Assembly (NCBI GenBank): GCA_002633005.1
Contig: NMRA01000077.1
Span: 620,001 to 684,000 of the forward strand
Source: Phoronis australis
Taxonomy: Eukaryota; Animalia; Phoronida
Reading direction: 5' to 3'
DNA length: 64,000 nucleotides
The notes beneath the pieces were generated by a model, which was not told where the DNA came from, searched no databases, and saw only the letters and a program-made list of their open reading frames with translations. The translations under genes were made by a program, and so were the position numbers. Below are positions 27,400-40,561 of the stretch, in pieces. Numbering within the stretch: the first letter of the stretch is position 1; the number at the start of each line of letters is the position of its first letter.

Positions 27400-28190
27400 T
27401 CTATTATTATCTATTATATAAAATGCATCGTTTGCACAAACTCCGTCTCCCCCACTCCACTACAGACCTTCGTTGTGCCCGGTTCGGCACCGCCTTGGAC
27501 CCAGGTATTGCACCGGCCCCCTATTTGGATTCGAGGTGTTCTATTTTTTTCTCGCGGGCCGTTTTATCGCGGATGCAGAGGGAGGGTGGCCAATTTTGTA
27601 CTGGCCTTGGTGACGTCAGTCCGTCGGCTCAATGGCCTGGGTTACGCCACTCCGTAGGTTTAAATTCCACTCCTTCCGGCTTCCGTCGCATTTATAACTC
27701 ATCCGGCCTGTCACCGCTTACACTAATGATGCCTCGTTGAAAATTTTTTACTCATCCTTGAGTAAACTAAATTATTTACCCAGGTGTTGGAAAATTGGCG
27801 TTCTTCAGTTATTCTGATGCTAAAATTTTGGTACGCTCTTTGGGTGCCATTGCGTCCGCCTATTGGACAATTTTCATGTTCTTAAATCAACTGTGAGGTT
27901 GCGTACATGTCATAACAATTGAAAGTTGTTTCATTTCGTTACAAGTTTTTACTATTTTAATACCAAAAAACCCAATTTCAGAACAAACTGTCGACACATA
28001 TTGCAAAATTTTAGGAAATGGCGTGTACGTGCCCGTGTCACGAGTAAGCACTGTTCCTTTGTTACAAAAGGCGTAGAATTGCGAAATATAACGTTTATTA
28101 GATTTTTTTACTTCTATAAACTACTGTAACAGACAAGGTGAATGTTACAGAAATTCTGCTTGAAGCTTTGAACACGGCGTTTGCCACTAG
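27400..28190 (+). mobile_element. Possible non-autonomous Helitron
   Basis: A|TCTATTAT...ATATAAAATGC 5' end, CpG-rich interior and a 3' ACACGGCGTTTGCCACTAG end; the terminal hairpin is incomplete. Confidence 0.45.
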
Positions 28191-28244
28191 CTGCTACCTG
28201 TGCTTTTGCATTCATTTTAAAATAACTGTTTTGATAAGCCTGTA

Positions 28245-29975
28245 GTGCTGTAAACGCCCAATTGTTCACTTAACCCATCGTCCCCAACGTTAGGTGGATT
28301 TCCGATTTTAGCGCCCACTGCTCGGAGATTTTTGAAGATTTCCAGTTACACGCCCATCTCTTGGTTACTGTATTCGCCCTAATAAACTCCAGAGGCGCTT
28401 AAGAAAATTCGCTTCAGGAGGGGGGCGCTTATTATAGCCCAAAAATGGTTGAAACCCAGTTTCCGAAACAGGTGAAATCGTAAGCTAGAATACATCAAAT
28501 TTACACTCTGTGACAAATCTGTAACCTATGGCAGTTTTACAAACTTTGTTGTTAAATTACAAGTATTTCCCAGAAAATCCCAGTGCGAAAACTCGTCGAC
28601 TGATGCGTTGCTGTCTCACGATCGTTGATAGGCCAACTTGAGAATTTTTGAGTAACGATATAATTTCTGCTCAACAAATTACCTGAAATCCTCTTTAAGT
28701 TCCTGTGGAGTCAGGATTAACTGCATATTAAGTCCAAATCTGCGCTAGATCGTACTCCGCAACACGAGAAATATCTCTGGACGTACAGACATGTCGTTGT
28801 CACGTGATGTGTGTTTTAGAGTTCGTCTGCGTATGGTGTGAGAGAGTGAGCGTGTATGCGTCATCATATTTCATTTGCCAGAGTAAAGGTGATGCAAGGT
28901 TCTGGGTGAGCATTGTAACTAAGGAAATTAACACAAGCAGTAAAGCAGAACATGCTTTATTTAGCACTTGTTGATCTCATCTGCTAAAAAACGCTCGAGA
29001 ATTGTCTCGGTAAGGCCGATGTCATTGTGTTGCCGGGTGACGGGTTGTGTGACAGTCTAACAATTATTTTTCTGGAGATTCGGGGGGTGTAAGGGTGCGG
29101 AAGTGTTCACTATAATGGGTCATTTTGACTTTAAAAACACCAATTACGACTAATTTAATACTTCCCCCTAAAAATTAACGCAAGCGTTTTTTACAGTATT
29201 AGAAACTTTCGGAAATAAGTATCAGTATTTATTTCTTGCCGATGCTATGCTACCCGTTTCATGACTAGATAATTTCCGAAGACTAATCTTCGATGACAGA
29301 TTTGTGAATGTAACGCGCTTCCTTAAGTCACGTGCTTTTAACTGACCAAAGGTCAAGTTTTTATTGATCTTCAATTCGTAGTTTTCACGTGTACAAAGAG
29401 ATTTGGATTCCTGTTGAGGGAGAAGATCTGTACGGGAGAGATACAGTACAATTCCTTTGAAAAGTAAGCTGCATCTGTTCTGAAAGGCCTGACCATGATA
29501 GGACACGTCCCTGGCAAGATCAGCAAACTTGTGTTCTTTTTGAAGTACAACGATAGATTGAACTGTATTGTCACGACTAAATACTGACATAGCGGCGAGG
29601 CTCTTGATGATTTTTTCAGTACTGTCGGATCTTATTGATAAATTGAAGACGTTACTGTAGAATTTTAGAACTGTAGGTAATGCAGTTTTCGCATGTGCAC
29701 GGTGTTTATGGACTGGGTGCTTATTTTAGCAAAGTCGGAAAACGCGTGGGGCGCTTATAAGGACATGGGCACTTACTAGGGCGAAAACGGTAAGTGCCCA
29801 TTCTTGACTTTTGAAGATTGAAGATTAAGCACCTAGTGCTAAAGGAAACGTGTGATTCTCCAACTTTTAGATAAAGATCGGTGACAACAATGAGTGCAAC
29901 GATGGCTTCTGAGACGGTGGTTTGGCAATGTGAATTATAATACAACATGTAGCAAATTATTGTCCCGGGTCACAT
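28245..29975 (+). mobile_element. Host DNA-transposon fragment (paralogous to 45608-45970) split by a nested element
   Basis: 28250-28367 plus 29791-29970 are collinear with 45608-45970 (GATTTCCGATTT, GAAGATTTCCAGTTA, GGTGGTTTGGCAATGTGAATTA). Confidence 0.7.
28368..29790. mobile_element. Tc1/mariner (pogo/Tc2-like) non-autonomous element, TA TSD
   Basis: TA|CTGTATTCGCCCTAATAA ... TTACTAGGGCGAAAACGG|TA; the paralogous empty site near 45752 has a single TA. Confidence 0.75.
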
Positions 29976-30644
29976 GTTGTGGGAGTTAAACTTACTTTTA
30001 TTTTTACTGGTGTTTGAAGCTCATTTAATCTTCTAGTTATTGCAGCTTTTAACTGACTTCTAACTTTCAGTGACTTCTAAATCTGCTACTGTTTTGGCAT
30101 GTCAATCTTAAAATAAGTAAAATGATAACATTCTGTTAGCACTAATAAGCAAAACAAAGTAGACTCAATTATTGAAAATAAAATGACGAAAAGCGGTGTG
30201 AAACATATTTAAGCTTCTGTGTGGACTGGCCCATTGTCAAGAGGAACCCATGTTGCCGTTTTTAGTTATTATGCACTATTTAAAATGTACCACATCGAAA
30301 CTGTGTACTTTCAATATTTCAGGCTATAAATCTGTGCATATGCCAGAGAAAACCAATTTTGGTGTAATAACAACCACCATTGGGAAAGTAGTGCTAGGAA
30401 TAACCTTTCCGCATCATTAGCTTTTTGGGCAAGGTGCATACAAAGGGGTGCTGAATAAGCATCTTAAAAATTGTCTGAGTGCAAGGGGAATCTCAGGAGG
30501 TAGGTGAGCAGCCCAAGGGAAACTTTTTCCTATGTGTTAGACAAACTTTTGTAGTCTTACGTAACTTTAAACAATCACCAGATGTTATCTCCCCTGCATG
30601 GTTGTTTTAATTTTTAAGAGTTAAAGATGATCCCTAACCGCCAA

Positions 30645-30870
30645 GTGTGCTACTGCCTGGTTTGGTTGTATTCCCTCTGTATTCACCATTGCGTGTGCTA
30701 CTGCCTGGTTTGGTTGTATTCCCTCTGTATTCACCATTGCGTGTGCTACTGCCTGCTTTGGTTGTATTCCCTCTGTATTCACCATTGCGTGTGCTACTGC
30801 CTGCTTTGGTTGTATTCCCTCTGTATTCACCATTGCGTGTGCTACTGCCTGCTTTGGTTGTATTCCCTCT
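30645..30870. repeat. Minisatellite, 48-bp unit, at least 4.7 copies, running into the gap
   Basis: GTGTGCTACTGCCTG(G/C)TTTGGTTGTATTCCCTCTGTATTCACCATTGC repeated. Confidence 0.97.
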
Positions 30871-32483
30871 NNNNNNNNNNNNNNNNNNNNNNNNNNNNNN
30901 NNNNNNNNNNNNNNNNNNNNNNNNNNNNNNNNNNNNNNNNNNNNNNNNNNNNNNNNNNNNNNNNNNNNNNNNNNNNNNNNNNNNNNNNNNNNNNNNNNNN
31001 NNNNNNNNNNNNNNNNNNNNNNNNNNNNNNNNNNNNNNNNNNNNNNNNNNNNNNNNNNNNNNNNNNNNNNNNNNNNNNNNNNNNNNNNNNNNNNNNNNNN
31101 NNNNNNNNNNNNNNNNNNNNNNNNNNNNNNNNNNNNNNNNNNNNNNNNNNNNNNNNNNNNNNNNNNNNNNNNNNNNNNNNNNNNNNNNNNNNNNNNNNNN
31201 NNNNNNNNNNNNNNNNNNNNNNNNNNNNNNNNNNNNNNNNNNNNNNNNNNNNNNNNNNNNNNNNNNNNNNNNNNNNNNNNNNNNNNNNNNNNNNNNNNNN
31301 NNNNNNNNNNNNNNNNNNNNNNNNNNNNNNNNNNNNNNNNNNNNNNNNNNNNNNNNNNNNNNNNNNNNNNNNNNNNNNNNNNNNNNNNNNNNNNNNNNNN
31401 NNNNNNNNNNNNNNNNNNNNNNNNNNNNNNNNNNNNNNNNNNNNNNNNNNNNNNNNNNNNNNNNNNNNNNNNNNNNNNNNNNNNNNNNNNNNNNNNNNNN
31501 NNNNNNNNNNNNNNNNNNNNNNNNNNNNNNNNNNNNNNNNNNNNNNNNNNNNNNNNNNNNNNNNNNNNNNNATTCTTTGTGTTCTTGATTTTGTGGTTGA
31601 TCTCATCTTTAAATTTTTAATTTCTTTCAACAAGTGTCTCTTCAGAGCACTTTCATTTTCGTTGTCTACTAGTACTATAAAGAATATTAAACAAAACACT
31701 TAGTCCATCTTTGTCAGGTGAACATTTTCCATTTTCTGTTCATTCCGTTTTACTTTGTATCATCATTCTCACATGCTGTGTATGTATTTTCAGTGCTTAC
31801 TGGTTTGTGCTCCAAAACTAAGTGTTCTAATTTTTATTTGTATTTTTACTGTGGAATAAAGGATGCCTTCTGTACTATGTTTTATTTTGGTTTAGCTGTG
31901 CAGTCTTGACCTATTACATTTTTCATGAAAATGATATTGAATTTGTCCTGTATAGCTGGTGGTACAATCCAGCTAAAGCTATGTGCAGGCGATAACTAAG
32001 TCAAAATGACTTAGCTCCAAATTAGAGTAAATCAAGTTTATGATGGCTAATGAAATGACAGAAGCAATCAGTGAAACCCACTCAGTCAAGTGCAATACTG
32101 TAAACTAAGGATGACGTTATGTCATAGTACTGACAAACCTTTTGAAGAAATCCCTATGAAAAACAATGTTTTTAACACAACTCCCTTAACGAGGTCCATT
32201 AATTAGCTTTGAGAAAACAGAGACACAAACTGTGACTGGTCAATTGGACTGACTTGGCTTTTATTGTTTTGTAGTACATCTGCAATAAGGAACAGCTAAC
32301 CATTGTGTGATTAGTTGCTGGCATGATATGGATTATGAATACTGGACATGTAAAGCTGTGTTCACACAGGCTGTTAAACAAGTGAAAGTTGCACTAATGG
32401 AACTTGCACTAGTTAAAGTGACAATGTGTACACCCCTCTGATCAGGTGCAAATTGCCCTAGGTGCAACTTGGGCTAGTTTAAA

Positions 32484-33196
32484 AGGCATCCACTCATCCA
32501 AGGCTTAACGTTGTGTGTATTACCCCGCTTCGCTAACAGGTAGGGCTGCTTTTAAGCAGCCCTGTGACTTTTTTGTATTACGGGTAGGCTTATCAAACAG
32601 GCAGACAGCCTTTGACATTGATAGACCATGTTACGATTTTTTGTGAATTTTTTGTATAACTTGAATAATCCCAACATTCCTTTTGAGGATTACGTATTTT
32701 TCATTCATTCCTGAAAGTATTTTAGTGTAATTTAGATTGAAGTGTTCATTAATAGTTTATAAGAACCGTATTTTCCTAGTGTGGTTAAATTGTAAAAATT
32801 TGCACTGCACTAAATCAAATTATATGATAATAAAATGACATAAATTTTAACCAGTCTGCTGTTTTCAATTATTGGCAATCTTATTCACCATGCAATTGAT
32901 TTAAACATGTACATGTTCCTCCGATTCTTTAATTTTCACAAGTTATGGAAAAGGTTAAAAGGGGTGATTGTGGGGCCAATAATTGCAAAACTCTTTACAC
33001 TGAACAAAAAATTTCACATGAGGCTGATCGCTCAAATGAATATTCAATTCCAAGTTCACACATACGCTATCTTGAGATTAAGCAAGATTCTGAGTTCGCG
33101 CAAAGCAATGGCACCGCATAGCGATAAAGCGACAAATCACATGATTGTTGCAAAGCGCCACCTGTTTGCGGTAAAGCCTTGGATGAGTGAGTACCT
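32484..33196. mobile_element. TIR MITE, possibly Kolobok-like
   Basis: AGGCATCCACTCATCCAAGGCTT pairs with AAGCCTTGGATGAGTGAGTACCT; AGG...CCT termini; TSD degenerate. Confidence 0.55.
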
Positions 33197-34570
33197 TTTG
33201 TGTCATCACCAAGCTTTTCTCTCCTTATCTCAAAAAAAGAGATGATTTTGTTGGAAAATGTGCTTAACATTTACCATGCATGAATTGAGACCTCTAAAAG
33301 TAGACAGAAGCAGTTTAGGAACTTTTAAATGTGTCGACAGTATACTAATACCCATATCCCAGAGTTATCTCTCTTCTTTTCAAAGGTAGAAACCACATTA
33401 TTACCTACTTTTTGAAAGAGTGGAGTCTGGCTAGTGAAGAACAATTTATCAGTCTCACTCCAGGTTTCTTCTAAAATTTTGATTTCTGCATTGTAACTGA
33501 CTATGCAATGGTAAAGCTTTGTTGTGATCAGAATGATTAAGGCAAACTATACTGTGAATAGTGATTAATTAATTGCTACAGTGAACAGCTGCCAAGGTCA
33601 AGACTTGTGGCATTGTTACAGTAGGTAAATACTGGAAAACCAGAGAGTGTTCCATGGTGTTCTGATAAGTGGCTATTGATTCTTTTGACATTAAGTAAAT
33701 AGTAAATTCCATTTCTCCTAGCTCTGATATATATGTCTTATGTGGAAGATTTTGATTTTTTGGCAACTGTGATAGCCTTGTACATGATGGGACATTAATT
33801 CAGTTGGAACAGAGATAAATGAAAGCTGTTGAGCAGCTGAGCAGATGGTCCTGTTCCTGGGATAATGGCCCAAGTGACTCCAGGTCTCAATGCATGCACA
33901 TAACTATGTGGGACCTGTTTTACAACTAGAAATAATGGTAGTCCATTTTTAAAAATAGAGATTCAGATTTAGGCACACAAAAATCCATATATATATATAT
34001 CAAAGAAATTAAATCAGTTCAGTTGGATGGATCAAGATTTACGTTTCAGGATTTTTCTATTTTGTTAATTAGCATATTCCATTTTGGTATTTCAAAGTAT
34101 AATTTACTTAAAAAATGTTCTGGGAATGGTTTTATTGTTTTGATGCATTTATGCCAAAACTCCGTTCTAGCGTATTTTGCTGCATGCTATGTTTATTATT
34201 TCTCAAAACTGAAGAAAAAAACATTTCACTGATAGTATGAATTTGTCTATTATAAAATAGTTATCAATTAATTTCTGTCCAGAATGAATCATGAGTAATG
34301 AATTTGATAGATTAATTTCGTAGTTTTTGGTAATTTAAAGCCATCAGTATTAGAATTATGATCTCTACTTCTCAAATACATGAATTCCATTTGAAACATT
34401 TAATCCTGCGAAAGAAGTCTAATTCTGTGAATTTTGTCCCTTTTCTGTTATCGTAAAAAATCACAGGGCATTCACAAGTGTAAGCTAGCATGCCAAATAA
34501 GTTTCAATCTTTTTGTTAGTCTCTTATATATTGTTGGGCTGTAATCAAAATGTGTCGTTTGTATTTTCAG

Positions 34571-34801
34571 ACCGCAAGTTCATCATTTCCAATGCTCAAG
34601 TTGACAACAAGCCCATCATCTATTGTAACGATGGTTTCTGTGAACTGGGCGGTTTCTCACGTGCTGATGTCATGCAGCGACCATGCAGCTGTGATTTCCT
34701 GCACGGGCCTCATACGTCCACACGAGCCATCTCTCAAATCAAAAGTGCTCTGAATGGGTCGGAAGAAAAGCAAGTGGAGATATTGTTCTATAAGAAAGAC
34801 G
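34571..34801 (+). CDS. KCNH2: ERG-family K+ channel (KCNH2/6/7-like), PAS-domain exon (equivalent to human KCNH2 exon 2)
   Basis: Acceptor ttttcag| and donor G|gtaagt; 231 bp, phase 1 to 1. Translates [77 protein letters not shown], closely matching h[51 protein letters not shown]...ERKVEIAFYRKDG (recalled). Confidence 0.96.
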
Positions 34802-36266
34802 GTAAGTCTGGGCAGATAGGAAGTGTAGTTTTTTACAATGACAGTTGCTCACAAAAGCCCTTAAAGGCATAGAACCGTACTTTTCTGTGCTCTGTAAGCG
34901 CTGACTAAGCACGTAAAACTTGTACTGGGATCCAATGTGCATCTTGTCAACATCCCGCATTTATCATCACTTCAGTACACGCCCGCTAATATCAGATAAG
35001 TCGCTGATGTCAGACATAGATTAGCTGAAGGTAATCCCATGTTCTAGTGACTTACCGTAGCGGGTTGCTGGTGAGGTGTGCGTCGGTCTGCACAGGTTTG
35101 TTTATCATGTATGCAACTTATCAGATCATAATTTAAAGACGTTTAACATTGAACCTACTCCTTCCTTTAAACTGCATCCTTTTTGATGAGGTGGAGCTAT
35201 ATCTGCCCATGAGAAGGACAAGAGAGTAAGTCAGGGAGTAGTTGGGATGCATGGAGGGGCAGGAAAAAATGTGAGAGAGGGAGGGCATGACCAGAGGGGG
35301 CATGGGTAGACACAGAGACATGTTAAAAATACATCTATCTCTTCAATAGTAAGTGGCTGAGCAGAGATGCCCGCATTCTGTGGACCTCTCGTATGTATAT
35401 GTGCTTGGGTAGAGAATTGGAATTTGAAGCACAATCAGTTAGAGAGGTCCACTTTGATGGTCACAGTTGGTGGGTCAAAAGCACGACAGAGGAACTGAAG
35501 GCCAGAATGATTGAGTTAGGAGGGAGGCAATTTCCAAAAGAGCCTCCAGGGAGCTCTTTTGGAAATGTTCATTTTACCAGTCTGCATCCAAAAACGATGA
35601 GGTCTTTCGGAAAAAAGTGGTGGATTCTTTCAGAAACTTATATTGCCACCTCACTGCCCTAATTTTGCCAAGGGCTTGTATTAGGAATTTTTCACTTTGA
35701 CTGCAGCCTGGCTACTGTAAGGGAAGTCTGACAATTCTTCTATTGACAAGTGGTATCCAGTATAGTGAAGTGATAATTATACACCAAGAGAAGCTGGTTG
35801 CATGCATTGCAATGGCAGCCTGGAACCGTTTGGAGTTGTTGGAGTAGGAAATGTTACAGCATAGCTCTGGAAACATTTAAACCTCTCCATAATTATCTAA
35901 AGGCACATAAAACTGTTGAACTGTAAATAATTCTGCTGTCTAGACTTCCCCCAGCTTCTGCTGTATAAGTAATCAACTTTGTACCATTTGTGAAGATTAA
36001 TTCATTTATATTGCCAAATGAATTGCTCAAAGAATATTGCAGGCACCAATCATGTATAATTATGAAAGGAAGTAACTCTGTTTTCTTTTGGAGATTGATA
36101 CAAGTTATACAACAACCACTAGTTTCTGTAACAATTACGTTGGTTAATCTTCACTTATTCTGCCCCAAAACATTTGCCTAAACTTCCCTTTCCTATTATT
36201 CAAAGGCTGATAACCTTGCTGGAAACAATAAACACTTTACCAGTTGTTGTGACACATAATAATTTT

Positions 36267-36751
36267 AGGCCTTTCATACTAACTTAACTCTAGTGTGAGC
36301 GGAGCGCTGAAGTAAGCTGTGAAGTTAATTGAATCGTTCATACCAGCTTCGGTAGTTAACTGCATTGAAGTAAACGGTAGGTAGCGCTGATGCATCCTAT
36401 GCGCAGTAAGATTTTTATTAATGTGAAAATTTGAGAACATTTACTTGTGGTAATTGCCATAAAACTTATTTCTAATTTGATTGGTGATTATTCGAGCAAA
36501 ATGTAAGCAACTATTAGCGACGACACTGCCCTTTATTGTTAACGATAGCAGTGGCCCCTGGTGATAACTTCGATGAGACCGAAGTTGATCGTTTGTATTG
36601 CACCGCAGTGTTGATGCTTCGCTGTTAAATCCACCTGCTTACGGTGAAGTTTACTGGCGCTGCTAATTTCTGTCCAGGACCAAAGTTAACCCTTCATACT
36701 GACCGCAACTCCCCAAGACATGTACGCGTGGACGTTTGTATGGAAGGGCCT
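36267..36751. mobile_element. PIF/Harbinger-like MITE
   Basis: AGGCCTTTCATAC ... GTATGGAAGGGCCT with TTT/TTA flanks; related to 10188-10857. Confidence 0.6.
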
Positions 36752-38564
36752 TTAATCTTTACTTTTGTATAGAAATTTGTTAAAATAGAAATGCAGCTGT
36801 TAGCCATATTGTGTGATACATAAGTGCAGAATTACAGTGGTTCGAGTTGTTTGAATTGACGTGGTCGAACTTGTGTTTCATTAAAAGTATTCATGGAAGT
36901 GTGTTGAAGAACGTTGAATTGTGACGTAACATTTACTGTAAGTCACGGTTGTGTAATAGTGGTTTTATTGATCCACAGAGAAAAGATGTCTAATTTCTAG
37001 TGTCTTGTGTCAAGCTACTTCATACCTGAAGTAACTATCTCATTGATTTTTTAATTGTGTTCTATTCTGGTTTCTAATTTATTATCTTTGACTGGTGAAT
37101 AGGCATCTTTGACAACCCTGCTCATTCATGGAGTTGTCATTTCCGTTGACTGTATGAGTAGGAAACATGTTTCACCGATCTGAAATAAGTTCATTAAACC
37201 ACCTCGTAATTCTAACAGTACAGTATTTATACATGGCCCTCCTCCAGTTGGGTGTATTTTATTTTAAACCTCTGACAAGAGAGCCGCTGACAAAGTCTGC
37301 TCAGAATGTACAGGTTTTGATATATCTGCATCATCTGTGTTCATCTTTTTATCCTTTTTGTTATTAGTTATGAACAATAATTGGAAAAGCCACTTTTGGG
37401 TAAATACCATTTTAGCAGTGCCCATTAAAGGAAGGTGTTAACAAAGAAATGTCTGTAAATTTGCTTAGCTGTTAGCATTTCAAATAATTTCTTTCTTATC
37501 AAAACGATGAAAATTCATTACTCCCTTGTTGGTAGTAAACTGTTGCATACCTAAGTGGTATTGAGATGACAGATGTCATGAACCTAACATAATTATTATT
37601 ATAATAATAATAATAGCAGCGGCTGTGGTGGCAGCAGCAACAGCAGCGCCCCCTTCAAGCTATTTGGTAAATCGTTCTATTATAGAATGGCTTGAATAAA
37701 AAGGACTTGAAGTGTATAGAAGTTCTGTGTCTGCGGACAACAAAATTGTTTGAGGAAGAGATTCTGATCCTGATTTGGTGGCTGTTTCAAATGAGTAATG
37801 TTAGTTAGGAGATAAATAAGCTGGTACATTATTGTGCAAACATTTACTCACCATACACAAATGCCTATACACCAAATATTAGTCAACAGGCAGTCATCCC
37901 AGTCTGTTCAACATACGAATTGATGAAGTGTCAAAAGGCACACCAAAAATAAGTCTGGCTGCCTGCTTCTGATCCTTCAATTGACAGGAAACCAAATTCG
38001 CATTGCATCCTGACCACATAGTACTACAGTAAATGAAAAAAGGAAATACATAGGCCTGAAATATTTCAGACTTTCAGACGCTCTTTTGTGGGAAGAAATA
38101 CCAGGTGATATGCATCTGAGAAGACCTTAAGAGGCTGTCGAATTTTGGACACAGTCCCACTTATATGACTAAAGGGTCTTGTCATCTGTGACACCCAATA
38201 ACCAGCTAAGGGTCTTGTCATCAGTGACACCCAATAACTTGTCACTGTTTGACCTGAGCATCCAAAGTAGCCAGATTAATTTCAAGGTCATGTCTAATAT
38301 GACCTTGAGGCAATACTCATACATTTTGTTATCACCATGGCAGGTAGCAACTTTATCCAAATCAGACTGTTCTTTAGAGTGTGCAGTGAATTTGCCACAA
38401 CAGATAAAGCAGAATCATTTGCATATATGCCAACTGCGCTATCGCAGACCAAAGACAGATAATAAAAAGCAAAAACAGCAGAGGTCCCAGACATCCACCA
38501 AGGGGTCCCTGGCACCTCTCCATAATGATGTAAACCAATTTAGTGAATCCTTGCCATTACTATT

Positions 38565-38731
38565 CACGGGTGAGAAACAACATGACCGCTGGTCCTCTTA
38601 AATTGGACCGCTTCACCCAAAACACGAACCTCCGGGGACCATCGCACCAGAAAATGGGACTGACGCACCTAAAAACATGACCGCCCCACTAGAAATCAGA
38701 GGACCGGCGGTCATGTTGTTTCTCACCCGTG
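38565..38731. mobile_element. 167-bp MITE with CAC...GTG termini, 34-bp TIRs and a 5-bp TSD (CTATT)
   Basis: CTATT|CACGGGTGAGAAACAACATGACCGCTGGTCCTCT ... AGAGGACCGGCGGTCATGTTGTTTCTCACCCGTG|CTATT. Confidence 0.92.
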
Positions 38732-39996
38732 CTATTAACCGACAATTTATTTAAAAGTATATAGTGATCCAACAAGATGAAAAGCATGTGCAGATGAAGC
38801 CAAACCAAGTTGTTTGCATGACAGCAGAATGCAGTGTTCAGGTTATAATCACAGTCCAGATACTCAAGAAGCCTGTGTTCACTTTGTGTTCACTCAAACA
38901 TTCTTTTCACCTTTAGTTTTACACCGCCTGAGAAATTTTTTTCTCTCTTGAGTTGCCTTGACTACAGTCAGAGGAGTCCTTGTTGCTGGTAATTGTAAAT
39001 TAGTAATTGCACATGTTGAATGACTTATTTTCATGGTAACTGTACTCCTATGTAAAGTGACTGACATTATCAATTGGCATATTGATTGTTTTGGGGGAAG
39101 GAATGGCCATTTCTCGTAATACCACAGTGCCCTCGCACATTTACCCTCAATGTGCGTTCAGTTGTACACTGCTCCCAACACTGCTTTTATATTGAGATTA
39201 GTTTGCCATTTGTGACAATTAAGTTTTACCGTTGTATAGTAAGTTATAATAGAAATATCAAATAACCCGAAAAGCTGAGTGTGGTAAGATTATAGAGGTT
39301 GCAGAAATCCGTATTTGTGTAGGCCACATTCATCTGCAGTTACTGTCTGCAAGATAACGTCCTCAACTACCACTGCTTCTGCTTGTCTGGTCGTCTCGCC
39401 AAATCTTCTTCTCAAAAGGATCAGCGATTCCCTAGAGCAGCTCTGTCTCATTTTCACCTGGATAATTGCCCACCCCTAGCTTTTGCCAAGTTTCGGTTTA
39501 AGTACCCACTGCTTGAGTAATCACCCCCCNCTCGGTTTCCCAATTTAAGCGCCCAGGTCAATAACCCGTGAGTATATGTTATATATATCCAAATATCCAA
39601 ATTAGTTTTATTTTTTGTTCTTGTTAGCATTTTATCTTTTCAACTATTCACTTTGAAAAGTTAATTTATAAAGTATAAAGCAATCTATGGAAAAGCAGGT
39701 TGGGCTGTCACTAGGTGTCACCACCATCCAGAATGATATCATATCCTTGATAAAAACGATTTTTTGTTTGCGCCTTATTGATAGATGATAGTTGCTATAG
39801 CATTTCTCCTAGTGAGGATATGGCGAAAAAGAATTGTAGATTGGCAAATGTTGTAACAACAATAAACTTCAAGTTGCCCTATCCAGTGGTCATCAGTGCC
39901 ATGGTTGGTACTGTATCATCTGTCCACAATGAAAATGTGGCAAGATTTTGATAATTTCCAGCAATTGGCTGAGCTGTGTGTATTATGTTCTTGCAG

Positions 39997-40125
39997 GCTC
40001 CAAGTTCCTTTGCAGCGTTCTGATTGCACCTGTTAAAAATGAAGCGTCTGAAATCATCATGTTTATCGTCAACTTCGAGGACATCACGGATGCGCCGCTG
40101 AAAACAAACATTAACTTCAGGAACA
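39997..40125 (+). CDS. KCNH2: ERG channel exon, end of PAS/PAC domain (equivalent to human exon 3)
   Basis: Acceptor ttgcag| and donor A|gtaagt; 129 bp, phase 1 to 1. GSKFLCSVLIAPVKNEASEIIMFIVNFEDITDAPLKTNINFRN compared with hERG [28 protein letters not shown]. Confidence 0.95.
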
Positions 40126-40561
40126 GTAAGTTGGTTTGTGAGCACTGCAGATTATTTGGGAATCAAATTGCATTAAATTCTCTTAAAGCAAATTTGTTCC
40201 TGCCTTAAAGCCTCAATCTAAATGCTTCAAATGCCTAAGTAGCTAACGCTACTGACAGCAGTATTACATAAAAATCTGACTAATACATACTATTGTGGAA
40301 AAGTGAAATTTTACTTTTTTACTTTTTCACCTTTTCCGCTAAAAGACATATATTGCCAAAAAATGCTTTTCCATGTTCAAGTTTTGTTTTACGGATACCT
40401 TCAAACAATATGTGGAAAAATGAGGCCATCACAATAAAAATGAAAAAAGTAATGTCTAAAATTGGTGAGATTTTACCACGCTTTCTCTGCATTCATTTCC
40501 TCAAGTCCGCTATATGATACAACATATTTGCCAACTAACTATTTGTTGCTTACTATTTTAA

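Noticed and set aside
30627-31703. Long ORFs of 285-358 aa (also 3753-4245)
   Set aside because: Artefacts of N runs plus a 48-bp minisatellite.
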